DNA from: Octopus sinensis
Taxonomy: Eukaryota
Direction of reading: 5' to 3'
DNA: 6,224 nt
Assembly: GCF_006345805.1 (NCBI RefSeq)
Contig: NW_021829426.1
Location: 1 to 6,224 of the forward strand
Shown one piece after another: positions 1 to 5,869 of this stretch (the stretch's first letter is position 1; each line of letters begins with the position of its first letter). The notes under the pieces are model-generated. The model did no database searches, had not been told where the DNA came from, and was given only the letters and a program-made list of their open reading frames with translations. The translations under genes and the position numbers were made by a program.

Positions 1-155
1 CCCTACGTAACCGACAATACAATGACCCTCAAAATTTAGAGCAACCGACAAATAAGGAGCAGCCAATGAACGTGAATGCCTACAAATGCCGAATGAAATG
101 TCTCTTGATGTTTGCGATGGCCATCTCTTCGTGCTTGGAGAAGAACGGTCATCCC

Positions 156-175
156 TTTCTTTGAAAAAAATATAT
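156..175. repeat. Target-site duplication of SINE array 1 (left copy; right copy 958-977)
   Basis: TTTCTTTGAAAAAAATATAT (156-175) vs TTTCTTGGAAAAAAATATAT (958-977): 19/20 identical, directly flanking the array. Confidence 0.9.
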
Positions 176-957
176 ATTTCATTACTACCCACAAGGGGCT
201 AAACATAGAGGGGACAAACAAGGACAGACAAAGGGATTAAGTCGATTACATCGACCCCAGTGCGTAACTGGTACTTTATTTATCGACCCCGAAAGGATGA
301 AAGGCAAAGTCAACCTCGGCGGAATTCGAACTCAGAACGTAACGACAGACGAAATACCTATTTCTTTATTACCCATACGGGGCTAAACACAGAGGGAACA
401 AACAAGGACAGACAAAGGGATTAAGTCGATTACATCGACCCCAGTGCGTAACTGGTACTTTATTTATCGACCCCGAAAGGATGAAAGGCAAAGTCAACCT
501 CGGCGGAATTCGAACTCAGAACGTAACGACAGACGAAATACCTATTTCTTTATTACCCATACGGGGCTAAACACAGAGGGAACAAACAAGGACAGACAAA
601 GGGATTAAGTCGATTACATCGACCCCAGTGCGAAACTGGTACTTTATTTATCGACCCCGAAAGGATGAAAGACAAAGTCAACCTCGGCGGAATTCGAACT
701 CAGAACGTAACGACAGACGAAATACCTATTTCTTTATTACCCATACGGGGCTAAACACAGAGGGAACAAACAAGGACAGACCAAGGATTAAGTCGATTAC
801 ATACATCGACCCCAGTGCGCCTGGTACTTTATTTATCGACCCCGAAAGGATGAAGGCAAAGTCAACCTCGGCGGAATTCGAACTCAGAACGTAACGACAG
901 ACGAAATACCGCTAAGCATTTCGCCCTGCGCGCTAACGTTTCTGCCAGCTCGCCGCC
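175..957 (-). mobile_element. SINE family A tandem array 1: one full tRNA-like head plus four 184-bp units
   Basis: Units at 175-358, 359-542, 543-726 and 727-910 are each 184 bp. The head at 911-957 reads GGCGGCGAGCTGGCAGAAACGTTAGC on the minus strand. It has an A-box-like TGGCAGAAACG and a B-box-like GAGTTCGAATTCC, and is flanked by a 20-bp TSD. Confidence 0.92.
873..947 (-). promoter_or_regulatory. Putative internal RNA polymerase III promoter (A box 937-947, B box 873-885) of SINE array 1
   Basis: Minus-strand TGGCAGAAACG and GAGTTCGAATTCC are imperfect matches to TRGCNNARYGG and GGTTCRANTCC, at tRNA-like spacing. Confidence 0.55.
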
Positions 958-1089
958 TTTCTTGGAAAAAAATATATTCTATGGTAGATCGTATTAAACA
1001 TTGAAAATAAAATGTATTTAAATAAAGAATGACGTCATCATCATTCAATGTGTGTACCTTGTTTTGTTTTGGACAGCTTGTATATTACT

Positions 1090-1479
1090 GGAATGGAAGC
1101 ACTCCGTCGGTTACGACGATGAGGGTTCCGGTTGATCCGAATCAACGGAACAGCCTGCTCATGAAATTAACGTGTAAGTGGCTGAGCACTCCACAGACAC
1201 GTGCACCCTTAACGTAGTTCTCGGGGATATTCAGCGTGACACAGAGAGTGACAAGGCCGGCCCCTTGAAATACAGGTACAACAGAAACAGGAAGTAAGAG
1301 TGAGAGAAAGTTGTGGTGAAATAGTACAGCAGGGTTCACCACCATCCCCTGCCGGAGCCTCGTGGAACTTTTAGGTGTTTTCGCTCAATAAACACTCACA
1401 ACGCCCGGTCTGGGAATCGAAACCGCGATCTTATGACCGCGAGTCCGCTGCCCTAACCACTGGGCCATTGCGCCTCCAC
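1090..1479 (-). mobile_element. Full-length tRNA-derived SINE family B (tRNA-Arg-like head)
   Basis: Minus strand starts GTGGAGGCGCAATGGCCCAGTGGTTAGGGC. A box TGGCCCAGTGG at 1457-1467, B box GGTTTCGATTCCC at 1412-1424, 3' tail (TTCCA)2. Perfect direct repeat ACAGCTTGTATATTACT at 1073-1089 and 1478-1494 (15-17-bp TSD depending on where the head starts). Confidence 0.92.
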
Positions 1480-1494
1480 AGCTTGTATATTACT

Positions 1495-1674
1495 ACACAA
1501 ACACCACACACACACACACACCACACACAACACACACACAAACACACACACACATACACACACACTACACACACACCCACACACACAAACACCACACATA
1601 CACACACATACACACACACACCACAACACACACAAACACAAACACACACCAGACACACACCATACACACACACA

Positions 1675-1712
<38 letters not shown>

Positions 1713-1728
1713 CACACACACGCACACA
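1495..1728. repeat. Degenerate (CA)n microsatellite
   Basis: About 234 bp of CA repeats interrupted by CAA, CCA, CATA and CG. It explains the HT-rich and VC-rich ORFs in the track. Confidence 0.97.
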
Positions 1729-1853
1729 GCTATGTGTTCTTGACAGGATCTACACAAGCATCCATCATTGAAAACAAATCATCTTTGTGTGTGTATAACA
1801 GCTGGCTCTTGGACACTAATTCGTCGAAGCCAACGAGGAATCCACTATATATA

Positions 1854-2249
1854 TATATCTTTATTGCCCACAGGGGGCTAAACATATAGAGGACGAACAA
1901 CGACAGACAAAGGGATTAAGTTGATTACATCGACCCCAGTGCGTAACTGGTACTTATTTAATCGACCCCGAAAGGATGAAAGGCAAAGTCGACCTCGGCG
2001 GAATTTGAACTCAGAACGTAACAACAGACGAAATACCTATTTCTTTACTACCCACAAGGGGCTAAACATATAGAGGACGAACAACGACAGACAAAGGGAT
2101 TAAGTCGATTACATCGACCCCAGTGCGTAACTGGTACTTATTTAATCGACCCCGAAAGGATGAAAGGCAAAGTCGAACTCGGCGGAATTTGAACTCAGAA
2201 CGTAAAGACAGACGAAATACCGCTAAGCATTTCGCCCGGCGTGCCAACG
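1854..2249 (-). mobile_element. SINE family A dimer (array 2), head truncated by about 18 nt
   Basis: Units 1854-2037 and 2038-2221 are 184 bp each, followed by a partial head at 2222-2249. The tail abuts a (TA)n at 1846-1858. No TSD seen. Confidence 0.92.
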
Positions 2250-2250
2250 C

Positions 2251-2345
2251 TGTTTTATTTTGGGGTGGTCCTTTTTTTCTTCTTGCCAAATTAATGCACG
2301 CGCTTTATTTGGCAAGAAAAATAATGACCGTCCCGAAATATAACA
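2251..2345. mobile_element. 95-bp foldback/MITE-like imperfect palindrome
   Basis: Left arm 2251-2291 vs reverse complement of 2307-2345: 33 of 39 positions match, with a 2-nt bulge and a 15-nt spacer. The inner 11-12 bp (TCTTGCCAAAT/ATTTGGCAAGA) are perfect. The palindrome is certain; the MITE identity is inference. Confidence 0.45.
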
Positions 2346-2413
2346 ATATCTGTTTCAACAAAAGATTTCACATTAGGAATCTTGCAAAAAAAAAATTTAT
2401 ATATATATATATA

Positions 2414-2894
2414 GGCGCAGGAGTGGCTCTGTGGTAAGTAGCTTGTTTACCAACCACATGGTTCCGGGGTCAGTCCCACTGCGTGACACTTGGGCAAGTG
2501 TCTTCTTCTCTAATAGTCTCGGGCCGACCAAAGCCTTGTGAGTGGATTTGGTAGACGGAAACTGAAAGAAGCCCGTCGTATATATGTATATTTATATATA
2601 ATATATAATATATATATTATATATATATATAGTATATATATATATATATATATTATAATATATATATTAGGCGTGTGTGTTTGTGTGTCCTGTGTTTGTC
2701 CCCTAGCATTGCTTGACAACCGATGCTGGTGTGTTTATTCCCCGTTACTTAGAGGTTCGGCAAAAGAGACCGATAGAATAAGTACTGGGCTTACAAAAGA
2801 ATAAGTCCCGGAGTCGAGTTGCTCGATTAAAGGCGGTGCTCCAGCTTGGCCGCAGTCAAATGACTGAAACAAGTAAAAGAGTAAAAGAGTAAGA
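2414..2894 (+). mobile_element. tRNA-derived CORE-like SINE family C with internal (TA)n
   Basis: A box TGGCTCTGTGG at 2424-2434 and degenerate B box GGGTCAGTCCC at 2467-2477. CTTGGGCAAGTGTCTT resembles the MIR/CORE motif CCTTGGGCAAGTCACTT. Tail is (GTAAAAGA)2-GTAAGA at 2873-2894. Flanked by TA repeats on both sides (2398-2413, 2895-2900). Confidence 0.88.
2579..2669. repeat. Imperfect (TA)n microsatellite inside SINE family C
   Basis: About 91 bp of TA repeats followed by a GT-rich stretch, between the SINE's 5' and 3' halves. Confidence 0.95.
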
Positions 2895-3120
2895 TATATA
2901 TCCGGTTATAAGGTTTGGAAGAATTGTGAACTGAACCGTCAGGCATTGCTAGTGTCAATGAGAAGTCTTGATTTCCAGGAGATTTATACCAGGTAACTAC
3001 CTTCTCTCTAGTTTAAACCGGCTGGTGTAGGTTATGTATTTTCGAAGAGAGTAACTTTAAAATTCTTTCCTTCATAAATCTTATAACAAAAGGAAAAACG
3101 GTTAAATATTCGAAACAGGG

Positions 3121-3659
3121 TGCAGTCGCGTTGTTAGTAGGTGTTAGGTACGTAATTGTCTATGTTTTTCTTTGTAATGAAATATTTGTTAGTAATATAA
3201 CTAGTAAGATATTAGGTTGTCCCAAAAGTTCGTAAACACTTGCGAAAATTGAATTTTTACTCGCCAAGTACTAACAAAAACAACAAAAATTATTCCTCAA
3301 AATAAAGACCATTATTTTCCAAGACTTTCTACGAACTTTTGGGACAACCTTATATTTAATATCGACAATAATTTGGTGTTAGATTGCAAATCTCATATTG
3401 TGATTTTTGTAGCTGGTTGTGATGAATGTGACGTACAATATATGGGACAGGCGACTCAAGCATTACACCAACACCTTAACGGACATTGGCGAACGTATAA
3501 AGCGGAGAGGAATCGATAAACTCCTGAGTCACGTAGTTGCAGAGTGCAAGTTATAGATTAACTGGTGGGAAATGACCATAACGCTGGACAAATGCTTCTA
3601 GATAAATAAAACTTTCGAGTAGAGAACTATGTAGTGTATATCCGCTTGGTTTGAATGAT
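3121..3659 (+). pseudogene. GIY-YIG endonuclease domain remnant of the Penelope-like element
   Basis: C-K-S-H-I-V-I-F (GIY position 3400-3408), CxxC (3418-3429), Q-Y-M-G (YIG position 3439-3447), NGH (H at 3484-3486) and YPLGLND (3639-3659) match the PLE endonuclease pattern CxSxNVIYxIxCxxCxxQYVGxTxxxLxxRxNGH...YPxGLND. Disrupted by stops, frameshifts and a MITE. Confidence 0.85.
3212..3352. mobile_element. 141-bp mariner-type MITE
   Basis: 23-bp TIRs TTAGGTTGTCCCAAAAGTTCGTA (3212-3234) and TACGAACTTTTGGGACAACCTTA (3330-3352) have one mismatch. TA on both sides (3210-3211, 3353-3354). The TIR start resembles Hsmar1/MADE1 TTAGGTTGGTGCAAAAG. Confidence 0.93.
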
Positions 3660-4053
3660 AAGATTAAAAGTTTAGGAAGTATTTCGAGTGGAAATGAAGT
3701 GACTGACGTATTTTTCACGGCCTGTTTTTCCGAGAAAACGTAGTCATGGTCGCGGATTAAACAGGCAATAAATCTGAAAGAGCGATTTCCGGGACTTGAG
3801 AAAAGCTTAATAAATTGTACGAAGGTAGGGAGTATCTTAAGTGTTATGTCTTGCTAAGAGCTTGTTCCTTTTCTTTGATTAAGAAACTTTTAGATAGATG
3901 CGATAAAGATTTAACGGACGTTAGTATGTTGGTTGATAGTTGCTACAATATATTGATTAAAGCGGAGAAGGACCAAAAAGTATCGTCAAAATGGAATACC
4001 TGATGGTCTGTTTCGTTCGCAGCTCCATTGATGACATCTGTTTAAATACAATA

Positions 4054-4875
4054 TATTTCTTTATTGCCCACAAGGGGCTAAACACAGAGGGGACAAACAA
4101 GAACAGACAAAGGGATTAAGTCGATTATACCGACCCCAGTGCGTAACTGCTACTTATTTAATCGACTCCGAAAGGATGAAGGCAAGTCGACCTCGGCGTA
4201 TCGGCAGACGAAATACCTATTTCTTTACTACCCACAAGGGGTTAAACACAGAGAGGACAAACAAAGACAGACAAAGGGATTAAGTCGATTACATCGACCC
4301 CAGTGCGTAACTGGTACTTTATTTATCGACCCCGAAAGAATGAAAGGCAAAGTCAACCTCGGCGGAATTTGAACCCAGAACGTAACGGCAGACGAAATAC
4401 GGCTACGCATTTCGCCCGGCGCGCTAACGTTTCTTATTTCTTTATTGCCCACAAGGGGCTAAACATAGAGGGGACAAACAAGGACAGACAAAGGGATTAA
4501 GTCGATTACATCGACCCCCAGTGCGTAACTGGTACTTTATTTATCGACCCCGAAAGAATAAAGGCAAAGTCAACTCGGCGGAATTTGAACCCAGAACGTA
4601 ACGGCAGACGAAATACGGCTACGCATTCGCCCGGCGCGCTAACGTTTCTTATTTCTTTATTGCCCACAAGGGGCTAAGCATAGAGGGGACAAACAAGGAC
4701 AGACAAAGGGATTAAGTCGATTACATCGACCCCCAGTGCGTAACTGGTACTTTATTTATCGACCCCGAAAGAATGAAAGGCAAAGTCAACCTCGGCGGAA
4801 TTTGAACCCAGAACGTAACGGCAGACGAAATACGGCTACGCATTTCGCCCGGCGCGCTAACGTTTCTGCCAGCTC
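4054..4875 (-). mobile_element. SINE family A tandem array 3: four units with two junction types
   Basis: Units are 4054-4217 (164 bp, internal deletion), 4218-4434 (217 bp), 4435-4649 (215 bp) and 4650-4875 (head lacks the last 6 nt). The array is inserted into the Penelope-like ORF. Confidence 0.92.
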
Positions 4876-4953
4876 TAATTAAAAATAAGAGGACACAGGA
4901 CCTTTTGCCAGTTGATGTTAAGTATGCAAGTATACATTTTAGCTATGGATTAG

Positions 4954-5271
4954 ATGATGGATAATATAAATGATGGCTTATTTAACAATAATAAGTTTTC
5001 GTCCGACGTCAAGCTAGGAAGATTCAGAAGCATTTATTTAGAAACACACGTCTGCGATAAGTCTGAATTCTGCTACAATGAAGTCTGGCATGTTTATACA
5101 GGAAATTTAAATATCAAGATTGAGGATCTGCGAAGGAACATGATGAAAGGCGCGAAATATAGGAAATCATGTAGAATTAGTAAGCATTGGTTATTTTAGA
5201 ATCGATTATCGATTTTATATTTAAGTCTTAAGTATAGAGTTAGACAAAAAGAATTTGAGATCTGGTTGAAA
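4954..5271 (+). pseudogene. EN-RT linker (CxC-type domain) remnant of the Penelope-like element
   Basis: Track ORF 4954-5199 contains xVCDKSEFCY...HVYTGNLNI...LRRNMMKGAKYR, resembling CxCxxSxFxYxPxGHVxTGDLxI...LRxLxxKGPKYR of N-terminal-EN PLEs. The first Cys is replaced by His. Confidence 0.72.
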
Positions 5272-5272
5272 A

Positions 5273-5566
5273 CGAGGGTGAACCGAAAAGTTCGTAGACT
5301 GACCAAGATACTCTCATGGAATGTGATTAAATGAAGTTTAGTTTTCAACATCGTCCCTCACCCTTTGCAGTTCACACACTTCTTCCATCGGTATTGCTCG
5401 GATTCCATTGGTGAAGAAGCCTTCATCATGTTTCTCAAAGAAATCATCAACGGCCGATATGATGTCACCACTACTGGTTCCCAAAGAGTTTTGTCATGTT
5501 GGGGAACAGATGATAGCCAGATAGCACCAAATCAGGTGCCATTTGGTAATTCCTGAATAAGCGGGG
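5273..5566 (-). mobile_element. Mariner transposon 3' fragment (transposase C-terminus plus 3' TIR)
   Basis: Minus-strand frameshifted translation gives PAYS...PDLVLSGYHLFPNMTKLFGNQ / SSGDIISAVDDFFEKHDEGFFTNGIRA / QYRWKKCVNCKG / DDVEN* (stop at 5338-5340). This matches mariner YSPDLAPSDYHLF...WxKCVxxxGDYVEK. TIR-like CGAGGGTGAACCGAAAAGTTCGTAG starts at 5273. Confidence 0.92.
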
Positions 5567-5591
5567 TTTTTTTCCGGAATAAAGTCCAGTA

Positions 5592-5670
5592 AAGAATTGT
5601 ACCAGGCTTAAAAATAGTACTGGGATCGATTCGTTCGACTAAAATTCTAACAACTGAAATAAGCAAAAGA
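5592..5670 (+). mobile_element. Decayed 3' fragment of a family C-related SINE with internal deletion
   Basis: AAGAATTGTACCAGGCTTAAAAATAGTACTGGGATCGATTCGTTCGACTAAAA aligns to about 2775-2832. ACTGAAATAAGCAAAAGA (5653-5670) aligns to the tail ACTGAAACAAGTAAAAGA (2863-2880). The intervening segment is missing. Confidence 0.75.
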
Positions 5671-5869
5671 TATTTTTGTTTTAGTTTGCCTAGGTGTCGA
5701 AACAATAATGATACCCGTCCGGCAGCTAATGATGAGGATACACTTTTGTTAAACTTGATTGTGAATTTTTTTATATCTTGTCCTTTATTCTTGTTAGTTC
5801 ATAGTTTGTGAGGATCACTTACATTAGAATTGGTTAGTTTTACATACCACGCGCGCGTGCGTACATGTT

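Larger units (their letters stand above)
1..1080 (+). mobile_element. Decayed 3' end of an IS630/Tc1/mariner-superfamily DNA transposon (DD41D/rosa- or maT-like), interrupted by SINE array 1
   Basis: Frames +3/+2 over 3-160 give NDPQNLEQ ... ECLQMPNEMSLDVC ... SSCLEKNGHPF, resembling the transposase C-terminus YxNxPxxLxxLxxxI...IPxEML..V...C...NGxHF. Sequence resumes after the SINE TSD at 978 and ends in TTTTGGACAGCTTG|TA (about 1067-1082), a degenerate version of the TTTTGGGACACCCTG|TA TIR end with a TA target. Subfamily call is from remembered consensus only. Confidence 0.55.
3121..5271 (+). mobile_element. Decayed Penelope-like retroelement with N-terminal GIY-YIG endonuclease (Naiad-type); RT core absent from window
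   Basis: Frameshifted pieces in this order: Cys-rich SRC*VRNCLC (about 3136-3165); FVSNITSKIFNIDNNLVLDCKSHIVIFVAGCDECDVQYMGQATQALHQHLNGHW (across the MITE); SRELCSVYPLGLND (to 3659); RKRSHG (3733-3750); EYLMVCFVRSSIDDICLNTI|IKNKRTQDLLP (across SINE array 3); LFNNNKF; HVCDKSEFCYNEVWHVYTGNL...LRRNMMKGAKYR (5047-5163). The 5' boundary is uncertain and may extend toward 2901. Confidence 0.82.

Noticed and set aside
628-894. Track ORFs in SINE arrays (36-221, 628-894, 2062-2289, 2123-2437, 4139-4372, 4228-4452, 4303-4500)
   Set aside because: They are chance readings of repeated SINE units, with the same peptide recurring in each copy and inconsistent starts and stops.
175-910. Hammerhead-ribozyme retrozyme (tandem 150-300-bp units)
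   Set aside because: No CTGANGA core on either strand of the unit; GACGAAA alone is insufficient. A covariance-model search would be the formal test.
175-957. CRISPR array or prokaryotic repeat system
   Set aside because: Units are contiguous 184-bp near-identical copies with no unique spacers, no cas genes, and a tRNA-like head plus TSD.
1405-1479. Functional tRNA gene
   Set aside because: A and B boxes are present, but there is no convincing acceptor stem and the sequence continues into a SINE body flanked by a TSD.
1375-1757. His/Thr-rich and Cys/Val-rich proteins (also the Ile/Tyr-rich ORFs at 2510-2804)
   Set aside because: They are translations of (CA)n and (TA)n microsatellites.
3121-3490. 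Selenocysteine-encoding Naiad
   Set aside because: No in-frame TGA at conserved Cys positions; stops are mixed TAA/TAG/TGA and consistent with decay.
5272-5310. Continuation of the PLE protein (TRVNRKVRRL)
   Set aside because: These bases are the mariner TIR and subterminal region; the resemblance is coincidental.
5351-5556. Host exon (polypyrimidine-CAG at 5351-5370 plus ORF 5365-5556)
   Set aside because: It is the antisense strand of the mariner transposase fragment, with no recognisable product; exonisation cannot be supported without RNA data.
5695-5745. Hammerhead-like motifs (GAAAC...GTC...TGATGAG)
   Set aside because: The conserved C of CUGAUGA is missing and stems I-III cannot be formed.
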